In this document: piece by piece, positions 11,978 through 24,895 of the stretch
Layout: each line of letters opens with the position of its first letter
How positions within the stretch are numbered: the first letter of the stretch is position 1
NCBI RefSeq assembly: GCF_008831285.2
Contig: NC_045138.2
Span: forward strand, 27,962,001 to 28,026,000
Source of the DNA: Nymphaea colorata
Lineage: Eukaryota
Reading direction: 5' to 3'
DNA: 64,000 nt
The notes under the pieces: generated by a model
Told to the model about the DNA's origin: nothing
Databases searched by the model: none
What the model saw: only the letters and a program-made list of their open reading frames with translations
Program-made: the position numbers and the translations under genes

Positions 11978-14900
11978 ATGAGCAACCTATGTGGCTTCTT
12001 GCTTTGGCTTTTATATTCTGCTGCTTCTGCTCCGCTCCTGGCCGCTGCTCAACAAGGTACTTGTTCTTTTTTATCCTCCTCTCTCGGATGCCTCAATTAA
12101 GGAAGTCTTCCTTCTCTTTTTAATTTTGTCAATAAATTTGGCGAGCATCCCGCAGTACTTTGTACAAAGATAGCAATGTGGGTGAACTAGATCCCATCAA
12201 ACCTAATTTTCAAAAGGCTTATCCTGGATTTTTTTTTTTTTTTTCACAAATCTCTAAGCTTACATATGCAGCCTTTCATTGTGCGAACCTAGAAATTGAC
12301 TTGTTTTTTTAAAGTTCTTTATAAGGATCGAATGCCCAACAAACGAAATATCATCTACTTCATTGGAGCAAATTAATTTTAGAGTACATCAATGCGTTCA
12401 ACTTAGACCGCAGAGAATTTATCCATGGAGTTCATGCATTGAAATTTTGAAAAACGCCTCAAGATGATTAACCTTTTTAAAATGTAATCACTTGTTTTTT
12501 CTGCAATTAGTTGGCAATCATGTGCATATAGTCGCATTTCTCTTTTTTTTTTTTACTTTAAAGATTGGAGCAGAACACTGAAACTAGGCGTCCATAAATC
12601 TGCCTCAATCAATAAAGCATATTCATAAATCACTCATTGTAGAACACTCATAGAGTGTTTCCCCTATCATATCAATCCAGTGCATCAGGTACAGGCTGAT
12701 CAAAATAGAATATCTAATTCAATTTCACGACGGAAAGTGAAACACCAACAATCCATCTCAGTATCAGAAAAGTGAGATGACTCCATAGTTTTAGAGGCGC
12801 TTACGTAAAACAACAAACAAAACATAGATCCACACTTAATGTGAATAAATTAAATCCAGGTTAGTAGATTGAACTGGATTTCTGATCCTAATCTTGACGA
12901 AATGCATGCCCAGTTAATGAAATATTAATTCCTCTTTTATAATTGTCTGACATATCAAACTTCTGCTGCACCAGGTTTCCTCAACATCGATTGTGGGCTG
13001 CCGGCTAATTCAACCTACACAAGTGAAATCAATCTCGATTACGTCGCTGATAGTAAATTCATAAACAATGGGATCATCAAGCAACTCCCCAACATTAATC
13101 TGCCAAAGATCTACCAGACGCTTAGATACTTCCCCGATCACAAGAGGAATTGCTATGGTCTGCCAGTGACCCAGGGCACCAACTATCTCGTCCGAGCATC
13201 CTTCATGTACGGCAACTATGATGGATCAAACATGTCCCCGAGTTTCAAACTCTACCTTGGAGTTGATCTTTGGGAGACCGTCACGTTACAGAATGCAGCT
13301 CAAATGTATTGGACCGAGATTTTCGGCAGCGCAGTAACGGGAAACATGAGTGTTTGCCTCGTTAACACTTCAACGGGCGTGCCCTTCATTTCTGGCTTGG
13401 AGCTCCGTCCGCTCACTGGTGCCGATGGTTATAAGGTGAATGCCACATCTTCACTTGTTACCTTTCAGAGAATAGACGTTGGAGGAAGGGAACCCGTGAG
13501 GTAACTAATTAAGCAACTTCCATCTCAGTCTCTCTTTTCTTTTTCTTTTAAAGAATAGGGAGTTGTTGTTCATCATAAATCAAACATTTAGCTATATATA
13601 TACACACACACATATATTCTCAAATTAGCTTGATTGTAAGTATTTTTGTTTTTCTAAGATCCAAAATGAGATTGCTTGAGCACACACGCACACCTACTTA
13701 ATTTCTGTCCTAGTTTATCTTGATTGGACATTAAAGGTATATTACTTGTTCCCCAATAACAAAATACTTTTTTCTACAAATAAGGCATACTTGATTTCAT
13801 CGATAAATCTATTATCTTCTCTTTGAGTTCTAATATCTATAACCATACAAAGCCCTATACAAACCATTTCTGCTTCAGTTGCCATCCAGGATCGGTATAT
13901 TAAAGTTTATATTCTATAGGTACCCTGACGATAAATTTGACAGAATATGGAGCCCTGACTCTGCCAAAAACGGCACCCGCATCAGCACCAACATGGCTCT
14001 AAAGCCGCAGCTGTACCCTCGGTTCTACCCGCCCTTTACCGTAATGCGAACCGCAGTAAACTCTTCCAGCCCCATACCTATAACTTTTTCAGGTAAGCCA
14101 GACGATTCCTACCATTGGGTATTCTACTTTGCCGAGGTACTGCCGCCCACGGCACGGGCCATAGGAATTTGACCATAAAGCTGAACGGTGATGACTGGTA
14201 CGGGCCCATCGCTCTGGAGTACCGTGACATTATGGCCATCTTCACAAGGTTTCCCGGTCGGTCTGACCAGTATTCTTTTACGGTGGAGGCAAGCAACGGT
14301 TCTGACTACGGCCCTATCCTCAACGCCTAGGAGGTTTTCAGGTTCGTCCAGCCCAGCGCCGCTGCAACTCTTCCTCAAGATGGTAATGTTTGCACAAGAG
14401 TTCTTCTTTGCCGGTTTTTTTTGTATCTTTTTTGATTAATTTTTCTAAGTTTTTGTTCTGAAGCTTGATATGCTAACTTCTATTTGACAAGTATTCTGAC
14501 TAATTACTAGCTAGGCCCTCTTTCATAAACATTCCGCCACCAAGTCCCAATTGCAGTGACCTAGCTGCTGCTCCCATTTCCCTTCTCTTACACATTATGT
14601 ACTTTATTGGCAGTTGCTGCTATCAAGGCTGTGAAAGACTACTACAAAATAGAGAAGAATTGGAATGCGGATCCTTGTTTACCTACGGATGCTCCTTGGG
14701 AAGGCTTGTCCTGCAACTTTGACAATCCATCATCTCCAAGAATAGAATCCCTGTAAGTGTTTAATTCCACTCATTTACACACAGACACCAGTTTGATCCA
14801 CTAAATAATCCACATATAGTTGATTACCACTTGCAACGAAGCAAGCTTGGTGGTTGACATGCGATCATTTGGTCCGACCTTCAATGGTGAGATTGCAAAA

Positions 14901-17657
14901 TTTTGTTATTTGCAGGGATCTGTCTAATGGTGGACTTAGTGGTGCAGTTGCCAGCTATCTTTCCCAGTTAACGGCACTCCGAGCATTGTAAGTGTATGCA
15001 GGCAAAGTATCTCGGCTTGGAACTTTTTCCTTTTCTTAAGTAATCCCATCCTTCTCATAATTGTTCCTCATCTACGATCTATCAATTAGGAACTTATTAG
15101 GGAACAGAATTGAAGGATTGTTGCCATCCTTTCTAGAAAATCTGCCATATTTATCCCTCTTGTGAGTTCATTTCTTTAATACTACGGTCGAGGTGGTCAA
15201 TTAACAGTTTTTCTCAGTTACATGATTTTTTTTTTCTTTCATGAATTCAGAGATTTGTCAAGCAATAATTTGTCAGGATCAATTCCAAGTGGTATGCAAC
15301 AAAAGGCGGCAAATGGGGAACTGACATTGAGGTTGGATATTTTTCTTTTTAACTTTTCCCCTTTCTTTTTCCTAACTTCTCTCTTAAAAAACACTCTTTG
15401 CCTTTTTGGCCGCGCTTTTTTCCAAGGATCGGCAACAATCCCCACCTATGCCAGCAAGATCCGTGCTACCAAGGTAAAGCGAGTAGTAAGAAGAGAAATC
15501 GGATACTTATATTCTCAGTGGTGTCTTCGTCAGTTGTGGCGGTTATAGTAGTATTATTGGTATTCATCACAATCAACTCTAAGAGAAAACTGCAAGGTCT
15601 GTCTCCACCTTCAATGATGTGCCTATAAATCCTAAGCAGTTCCCTGAAGAATGAAAATTAAGAGTGTAATTGCTTCTCCCATATGTGTATTAAAGTTAAC
15701 TGTTACTTTTCATGATGTAGACAACAATCAAGAGCGGAATTCAAGAGCCAGTGGAAAAATTTGCACCTTCACTTACGATGAAGTAGTGGAAATCACCAAC
15801 AACTTTGAGAGAGTAATAGGCAAAGGCAGATCCTGCACCGTCTTTTATGGCCAACTCCGGGATGGCCAAGAAGTAGCAGTTAAACGAATGACTGGAAGAT
15901 TTTCACAAGGAATCAAAGAGTACACTGCCGAGGTTAATTTGTGACAAAAAGGCATTTGCTTTGTTTTTATGTGACAACAAGAAGTACATGGTGGTCACCG
16001 TTTGTTGAATCTTATTTCAGGTTGAGCTGTTAATGAAAGTTCACCACAAGTGTTTGGTATCTTTTATTGGGTTCTGTGATGAAGGTCAGAAAATGATCCT
16101 AATCTATGAATACATGAAGAAAGGAGATCTGCAGGTGCTACTCTCAGGTATACATTTTCCTCTTAAAGCACTCACAACTTCCATCTGGGAGGGGGGGCGA
16201 GAAAAAGACAGAGAGAAGAAAACGAATTCGGTTAAGTTAAAGTAAGCCAAAATACATAACAGAATCAACCGTCCGACGAGAGTTGGGTGGAGAACAACAC
16301 AGATGGAAAAATTAGGCAGGAAGCCGACACAGACACACACACACAAACGTGTGTGTGTTATAGATTGTGTAAAGCAAGATATCTAACTTGAACTTGGACC
16401 CCTTTTTCAGATGAAATAGAAACATCAGATATGTTGAACTGGAGACAAAGGCTGCAAATCGCTCACAGCGTCGCAACGGGTTCGCTTTCAGAGCCGGATC
16501 CCATTTTGTAGCACTTCTCATTATATGTTCGATTTAAATATTTACTGTGAAGTTGTTGGAGCGCAGGATTGGAGTATCTGCACAACGGATGTAGACCACC
16601 AATAATACACAGAGACGTCAAGACAAAAAACATACTCTTAAATGAAAAATTGGAAGCCAAGATTGCAGACTTTGGCCTGTCCAAGATACGCATCACAGAA
16701 GAGACATCGCATGTAACAATTGTAGTTGCTGGAACACCTGGATACATAGACCCTGAGTATGTCCAACTTTCTACTACAAATTTGTCTCGTTTATATTGAA
16801 CATCTATCTGTAGAGACCTTGAGATCATCTCAGCATACAAAAAAATTCTAAAATTAGCTTCCCCTACCTTCTAAGGATAGAGAAAGACTTTAATCTTGTG
16901 GAACGGGACGCTTTGGGGCCTTGACTAAAGATGAAAATGAGTCAGATTTGATTCGATCGCCACTGCTATCAGCTTTGCCATCTCCCAACCTTTGCCAGCA
17001 ATAGTTTTCATTTTTCATATTGTTACACCCACCCAATCCACTGATAAGTACCGTAGCTAGCTACGAACTGCCCCATTCTGAATATATGGAGGATTTTTTA
17101 ATTGATAAATGCTAGAAAGGCACAATAGTCTGAATGATATTCTTCAAAAGCAGAGTCCATATTTAGATGCATACTGTGTTTCTTGCTATCCAAGTCCCCG
17201 CAAATGATTGGCCTTTTGCTATTCCAGGTATTATTCTAAAAGCAGACTTACAGAGAAAAGCGATGTTTATAGCTTTGGAGTCGTCCTGTTTGAGCTGATA
17301 ACAGGCCAGAATGCTGTACTCATTCAAGGATCGCAGAGAGTTCATAATATCGACTTTGCGATGCCCAAAATCATGAGCGGAGATGTTGCCAGCATAGTAG
17401 ATCCTCGGTTGCAGGGCCAATATGATGTCAACTCGGTATGGAAAGTCGCAGAAACGGCAATTTCATGCACCGCAGAGAAAGGGATCACGCGGCCTACCAT
17501 GACTGAAATTGTGAGAGAACTGGAGGAGGCTATAGATATGGAGACTGACCACCAGTTGCATAGCAAAAAGCAATCTAAGGAATTGGACTCCGGATTGCTA
17601 TCAGCTGGTGCAGCTCTCTTGGACATGGATTCTCTTTCTCATCCTTCAGCAAGGTAA
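11978..17657 (+). pseudogene. Malectin-like/LRR receptor-like kinase copy B, disrupted in exon 3
   Basis: Exon 1 11978-12056 (MSNLCGFLLWLLYSAASAPLLAAAQQ), exon 2 12975-13500. Exon 3 starts at 13920 and has a CACGG duplication (14148-14157, frameshift) plus a TAG at 14328-14330 where paralogs read NAFEV. Downstream WNADPC, LRR, TM and kinase exons (VAVK, HRD, DFG; last exon 17228-17657) read intact. Confidence 0.9.
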
Positions 17658-17754
17658 GGCCATAGTCAATGGCTTTCAGCACCACGAAGAATCGTTTCTA
17701 TAGCATCAACTTTATTGTGTCCTTGGACTCTCTAAGTGCTCCCCTGTTGCTCAC

Positions 17755-18080
17755 TGTTAAGTTATGAGGCTCTCAGCAATTAAGTTCAGCCTAGCCACTA
17801 ATTCTGAATTTATTAGCAGGCTGTTTTGGATCAAGAGTCTAGAAGGTTCTCACCTTATGCGAAGACAGCTAAGTGGTTACGTTTTAACAGAATTGGTTTT
17901 ATATTCTGATTTTTTCTGTTTTTCATTATAATTCATTATTCTTGTATCGATGCTCCATAAAAGGGTGTTCATAGCCCTCAACTGTTGTGTGAAGAATACA
18001 TCTCACCTCTTTCTGTGCGTTTCTTTTTTCTCTACTTTGTTCTGCTCTACTCTGTTCTGCCCCATTGCAGTTTCTTCACA
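17755..18080 (+). repeat. 5' LTR of copia element 1
   Basis: TGTTAAG...TTCACA followed by the PBS. Confidence 0.96.
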
Positions 18081-18100
18081 TGGTATCAGAGCATTGATCC

Positions 18101-21100
18101 ATGGCAAACGCACAAATGCCTCCTGTCCAACCAATTTCTGAGGCTGCAACAGAAATCAATTCTGTCGATTTCTCAAGCCCCTTTTTCCTGCATCACTCGG
18201 ACAACCCTGGGACTGTATTGGTCTCTCAACTTCTGACGGGTGAGAACTATGCAACTTGGAGCCGTGCAATGCTCATGGCTCTCTCAGCCAAGAACAAGAC
18301 CTCGTTTGTAGATGGCAGTCTTCCTCAACCGAAAACCATGGCACCTGAGTATTGTCTGTGGAATCGCTGCAATCACATGGTACTTTCCTGGCTCTTAAAT
18401 TCCATTTCTCCTGATCTTATGCACAGTGTTATATATGCCTCAACGGCAGTAGAAGTCTGGAACGACCTCAAAGAAAGATTCACCCAAAGCACTGCTCCCA
18501 GAAAATACCAAATCAAATCTGCCATCTGTCGACTGAATCAGGAATCTATGACTGTTGCTGTCTACTATACCAAGTTGAAAGCATTGTGGGACGAGCTGGA
18601 CTCTTATGATATTTTACCTAACTGTTCATGTGGTGCTCTGAGTAAAATATTTGTCAAGCAGCAAGAAGACAAAGTCATTCAGTTTCTCATGGGTCTGAAT
18701 GACTCCTACAACACAATCCGTGGTCAGATCATTTTAATCGACCCTCTGCCATCAATCTCTAAAGTTTACTCACTGGTTCTCCAAGAGGAGAAGTAGCGTG
18801 AAGCGAGAAACTCCTTCAATCCTGTCGAACATGTGAGCTTGTTGTCAAATTCAGACAATAGATCAATGAGAAGCAAAGGGATCAGGAAGAACCAATACTT
18901 CTGCACATACTGTCACATCTCTGGACACACAAGAGACTGTTGCTTCAAATTAGTGGGCTATCCCACTAACCCAAAAGGAACAAAGCTGAGGGCTGACAAG
19001 GGTGCGACTGCGAACAACGTTGTTGTTGATTCAGAAAAGAACGGTGGATATGGTACTGCATCCAATGCTGCTGGTTCATCTCAAATTGGCATTGAAGCTG
19101 CCAAAGAGCCTGCCCAATCACTGACTATGGATGAGTGTCTCAAAATTAGGCAACTCCTGAAAGACAATTTTCTACCTCAAGTAAACTTTGCAGGTATGTC
19201 TCTTCATCAAACCAATTCTTGGATCGTTGATAGTGGTGCAACCGACCACATGTCATCTTCGTTAGAACTGATGTCCAACGTCACTCCTTTGACTACTCTG
19301 TTTCCTATTCGATTACCTAATGATAAAATCACCTTTGCAACTCATATAGGTCAAGCTGTCCTTTCGCCCAGTTTAACACTTGATAATGTTTATTTCTTGC
19401 CTCACTTCAAATTCAATCTAATTTCTGTAAACAAACTTGTCAAACAGCTTGATTGCCTTATTACCTTCTCTGGTGAGTGTTGTTTTTTGCAGGACCAGAA
19501 CTCCATGATGAAGACTGGTCTGGGTGACTTGCGGAATGGACTGTATGTTACAAATTTCCTCAACAACTCCTTGAACTCTATGGCCTTCCATAGTAGTAGG
19601 TTCATCTCACCAGAAACGTGGCACATAAGGCTAGGACACCCGTCAATATCCAAAGGCCATCCCTTCTTGAAATGTGACTCTGGTATTGAGAAGTTGAACA
19701 AGCATTGTGACACTTGTAAACTGGCAAAACAGACCAGATTACCTTTTAACTCAAGTGAAACTGTTTCTACAGCCATCTTTGAACTTGTCCATTGCGATAT
19801 TTGGGGTCCATACACTGAAGCATCACACTCTGGTGCAAAATACTTTCTGACTTTGGTTGATGATTTCTCCCGTGCTGTGTGGGTCTTCCTTATGAAACAC
19901 AAAAGTGAGACTTCCTATCATCTGAAAAATTTTATAAACTTGAGCAAAAATCAGTTCAGCGCCAATGTACTGAAAATCAGATCAGACAATGGCACTGAAT
20001 TTTTTTCTGAAAATCTGAAAATTTTCTTACTTGAAAAGGGGATTGAACATCATCATTCATGTGTTTATACCCCTCAACAGAACGGTGTTGTCGAAAGGAA
20101 ACATCGACACATTCTTGATGTTGCGCGAGCACTAAAATTCCAATCAAGTGTTCCGCTAATCTTTTGGGATGAGTGTGTTCTCACAGCAGTATACTTAATA
20201 AATAGAACACCATCCCTGTTACTGCAGAACAAAACACCATATGAAATCTTAATGGGAAAGAAACCAGAATATTCTCACCTCAGATCTTTTGGTTGTCTTT
20301 GCTATGCAACTAACATTTATCCCAAATCCAAGTTTGATCCGAGAGCCATCCGATGCATTTTCTTGGGCTATCCTCAGGGACAAAAAGCCTACAAGGTGTG
20401 TGATTTGCAAACCAAAAGAGTTTTCACTAGTCGTGATGTTATATTTTATGAAAATATATTCCCATTTAAACTTGTTGCAAAACCACAAGTATCACCTGTT
20501 ATTTCACTGCCTCTTACAGATGATCACATGGAGACAATTGATGGTCGTTTAGACACCAATAACCCAAGGGCCCAACCACCTCAGTTTGACACAACTTTCC
20601 CTTCATCAGAATCACATTCTCAATCACAAAACCAAAACCATCATGATATCGACTCCATCGAAAACCCTCAAGCTGTGGGAACTGAAACTGAACCTGAACC
20701 AAACTCATTAACTCATCCTAATACTGCCCAACCTTGTGAACTGAGACGCTCCACCAGGCTACGCAGACAATCAGTACTCTTGAGAGATTTTTACTGCAAT
20801 GCAACTGTCCTAAAGTCACTCAACCAATCTTCATCTGGAAATCGGTCCAGCACAAGGTATCCTCTCTCCAACTCATTATCTTTCTCTAATTTCTCTGATT
20901 GTCATACTGCCTACCTTTTAAATATCTCTCGCTACACCGAACCTTCATCCTACAGTCAAGCAATACAGGACTCTAGGTGGACAGATGCTATGCGAGATGA
21001 ACTAAAAGCATTGGAGAGCAACAATACCTGGACACTCACTCAACTGCCAGAAGGTGCCAAACCGATTCCCTGCAAATGGATATATCGCATCAAATATAAA

Positions 21101-22441
21101 TCAAATGGAGAAATAGAGCGATTCAAGGCCAGATTAGTGGCAAAGGGATTTGCACAGATTGAAGGAATTGATTACGATGAAACATACGCTCCTGTAGCAA
21201 AATTGACAACTGTACGATGCCTGCTATCAGTAGCTGCAAAGAGAAATTGGCTGCTTCATCAAATGGATGTATACAACGCTTTTTTAAATGGAGATCTTGA
21301 AGAAGATATATACATGATGCTGCCGCCAGGGTATGGCAGCAAAAAGGAAAATAGAATTTGCAAACTGAACAAGTCCATCTTTGGACTCAAACAAGCTCCC
21401 CGCAACTGGTTTGCCAAATTCTCTTCAGCCATTGCCACATATGGCTTCAAGCAATCGAAAAGTGATTATTCGCTGTTCACATTGCATCAAAGGTCAGTGT
21501 TCTTAGCTGTGCTGGTATATGTAGATGACTTAATCATTGCAGGAAATGATCAAGGAAGAATTGATGACTTCAAGAATTATTTAAACCAACAATTTCGTAT
21601 GAAAGACTTGGGTACCCTTAAGCAGGGAATCTTCCTTTCACAAAGAAAATACACATGCGACATTTTAGATGAAGCTGGATTGATCAATGCTAAGCCAACT
21701 GATATACCAATGCAGTTCAAACAGAACCTGTCAGCAAGCTGTGGAGAACCCCTAAAAGATGGCTCAACATTTAGAAGATTGGTTGGGCGTTTGATCTACC
21801 TGACCATTACCAGGCCCGACATCATGTTTGCTGTACACTCACTCAGTCGCCATATGCAAAATCCCACCACAGTTCATTTCAACTCAGCACTCAAGGTCTT
21901 ACGCTACCTCAAGAACAGTCCTGGACAAGGTCTTCTTTTCTCAAGCAATGACAATGATCAGATAATTGCTTATTGCGATGCTGATTGGGCAGCATGCAAA
22001 GACACTCGTCGATCCATTACTGGGTATTGTGTCTTCCTGGGCCAAAGTCTTGTCTCATGGAAGACCAAAAAACAGCACACCATCTCAAGGTCATCAGCTG
22101 AAGCTGAATACAGGTCTCTAGCCAATGTGTGTTGTGAAGTTCTATGGTTAAAAAATCTTCTGTCAGACCTAAAAGTTACACAATCTTCTCCAGTCTCGCT
22201 AATGTGTGACAACAAATCAGCCATACAAATGGCAGCCAATCCTGTGCATCATGAAAGGACCAAACATGTTGAGTTGGATTGTCACTTAGTCCGTGACTTG
22301 GTGAAAAACAAAACTGTAGCAACCAAATATATACCTTCTAACTTGCAAGTGGCAGATTTATTTACCAAGGCTCTCCCAAAGGACAGATTCATGTTTCTAA
22401 GAGGCAAACTGGGCATGAGCAATCTCCATGCACCAGTTTGA
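18101..22441 (+). pseudogene. Copia gag-pol polyprotein with one in-frame TAG and a short RT deletion
   Basis: Gag (LTGENYATWSRAM, QFLMGLN), TAG at 18794-18796 in frame with the next ORF, zinc knuckle CTYCHISGHTRDCC, protease WIVDSGATDH, integrase HCDIWGP/RSDNGTEF/NGVVERKH, RT YVDD, RNase H CDADWA/ADLFTK. Confidence 0.92.
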
Positions 22442-22449
22442 AGGGGGTG

Positions 22450-22775
22450 TGTTAAGTTATGAGGCTCTCAGCAATTAAGTTCAGCCTAGCCACTAATTCT
22501 GAATTTATTAGCAGGCTGTTTTGGATCAAGAGTCTAGAAGGTTCTCACCTTATGCGAAGACAGCTAAGTGGTTACGTTTTAACAGAATTGGTTTTATATT
22601 CTGATTTTTTCTGTTTTTCATTATAATTCATTATTCTTGTATCGATGCTCCATAAAAGGGTGTTCATAGCCCTCAACTGTTGTGTGAAGAATACATCTCA
22701 CCTCTTTCTGTGCGTTTCTTTTTTCTCTACTTTGTTCTGCTCTACTCTGTTCTGCCCCATTGCAGTTTCTTCACA
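22450..22775 (+). repeat. 3' LTR of copia element 1
   Basis: Same sequence as 17755-18080, followed by TSD CTCAC. Confidence 0.96.
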
Positions 22776-23139
22776 CTCACTTAAGAGGCTTTTTAGACAA
22801 GGCGTACTTCTGTAACAAAGCAAAAGTTAAGGTAGACCATATCTCTGTTGTATGTTTACTTCAAAACAACTATGATATGATTTTTGTTTTGGAATCCACT
22901 TGATTAATCCACGTCCCTTGTTTGCCAAATCAATTTCTTCCAGTTCTTGTTAAAGTGTTACACAAGAAAAAGGAAATGGCAATGGTGCCCTTTAGTTTCG
23001 GGTAAAATTAAAAACATTTTTTTAGCTTACATGGACAATGTGGAAAGGAAATGACACTGCGATTTGCACGTGCTCTAAGATGACATGATTCAAACAAGGG
23101 CTTTTTTTTAGCTGCGGTAAGCATAAACTAAGGGTTTAT

Positions 23140-23985
23140 CATCAAAACCAGCAGACGATGCCAAGTACTTGTGTTGAACTTTCATTAGGAGATCGACCTA
23201 AGGTGGCAAGTAACCATTAGTTGCTGGCAGTTATACATGCATTTGTTCCCATATATTTACAATAAAAATGTTATTTTTGGGCCCTTGAGAAGAAAAAAGA
23301 AAATTTTAGCATACTGACCTCAGCAGCAGTATATTCCTTGATTCCTTGTGGAAGGGATCTTGTCATTGTCTTAACTGCAAGATCTTTGCCATCTCTTAGA
23401 CGTCCATAATAAATGCCACCATATCCGCCTTTGCCTATTGCTTTCTGAAAGCCATTGGTGATCTGCAAAATTTATGCATATCAGAAAGTGCGGCCTCTTC
23501 CTTCAACTCTTATTTTGTGGGATCGGCACATCATCTGGTTCCAAAAGTTACCGTTCAATACGGGGAAAAATAACTTGAGCATTTCTGCAAATTCATTCAT
23601 TCAGCAACAATACATTCGCTCTATGATAAAATGTCGTTGAGAGATCAATTGCCTTATTCTTTAATTAAATGAATAAGGAAGGTGCGTCAATCAATTTTTT
23701 GAATGTTGAACTGACGTTCCTTTTTATTTAAGGCAATTGCTGAAACGTTCTCAATTTTTGTTGTATAATAGGGAGAACGATTGTAATTCAAAATTGGGAT
23801 CGGCTTTCCAATTTATTTCTCTTTGTCCGGTGGATATCTTTCATGCCATTGAGTGCAACATCAATTTGCTTGTTCAGTCCGTTGTCTATGAATTCATTGT
23901 CTGAGACGTAGTAGAGACTGGTATCACTGTTAATAGTCTGAAGAGTCCCGGAGACCGCAATCGATGCTGAGGAACCCTGTTACGA
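23140..23985 (-). pseudogene. A-type RLK relic: start of malectin exon 2 and kinase N-lobe exons
   Basis: 23985-23820 resembles GFLSIDC...[18 protein letters not shown]. 23590-23140 resembles [20 protein letters not shown]...LAVKTM. The LRR/TM part between them is missing. Confidence 0.85.
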
Positions 23986-24895
23986 TTAACATTAGGATGT
24001 AAATAGATGGGATACATTCTGTCGTGGATCTGATTTAAATCCATTTCATTGATTTAAAATACATTCTCATATCTGTATTTAAATTCAATTAATATTGAAT
24101 TGAATTCGACGATCAACATCAGAAACGTCAGAAATATTGAATTTGAAGACGAAGACTGCAAATAGCTCACAATTTTGCAACCGGTTCACACTCCGAACTA
24201 CTTCTATTTTGTAGCCCTACTAATTGTTTGTTTAAGTATTTATTTTGGTGTTTCTGGAATGCAGGACTAGAATATATGCATGTAGGACGCAAACCACCAA
24301 TAATACACTGGGATGTGAAGACGAGAAACATCCTCTTATACGACAGATTGGAAGCAAAGATTGCAGACTTTGGCCTGTCAAAGATCCGCGTCGCAGACGA
24401 GATATTGGACTTGCCAACTGTAGTTGCTGCAACACCTGGATACATAGATCCTGACTATGTTAAAATTTCCTGCTACAAATTTGTCGCTTGTATATACTTT
24501 AACGCCTATCTACAGAGACCCTTGAGTTCAACTCTACAACAGAAATACAAGTGTTGATTTAGCTTCCCTTCCCTTTTGAAAAACATAGAAAATTTTGATG
24601 TCATGGAAAAGGAACTCTCTGGTCTTGAGTAAAGATGAAAAAGAGCCAGATTCTGTAACTGAACCTGCTCGAACCCCCTTTGCCAATTTTATCATAGACG
24701 AGCCATTTCCAACACTAATTTTTCAGATAGTTATCCCACCAATCCACTGATACTGTAACAAATGCGCGTACTAGCTACGAACTGCCCCATTCTGTCTACA
24801 CCTTCAGCACAATATATTCATTTAGTTGCAGCTCCTGTAATCTTGTGACTGAAAGTACAGACGTCTTAGTTGTAGATGTAGATTATACATTTATT

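Larger units (their letters stand above)
17755..22775 (+). mobile_element. Full-length Ty1/copia LTR retrotransposon, very recent insertion
   Basis: 326-bp TG...CA LTRs at 17755-18080 and 22450-22775, identical by eye. TSD CTCAC on both sides. PBS TGGTATCAGAGC (tRNA-iMet) at 18081-18092. PPT AAGGGGG before the 3' LTR. Domain order gag-PR-INT-RT-RH. Confidence 0.97.

Noticed and set aside
18081..18092. tRNA-Met gene
   Set aside because: Only the 12-nt primer-binding complement; no cloverleaf.
18794..18802. Programmed stop-codon readthrough between gag and pol
   Set aside because: The context TAG-CGT-GAA lacks the CARYYA readthrough signal. The stop lies before the zinc knuckle at a usually Gln codon, so a CAG-to-TAG mutation is simpler.
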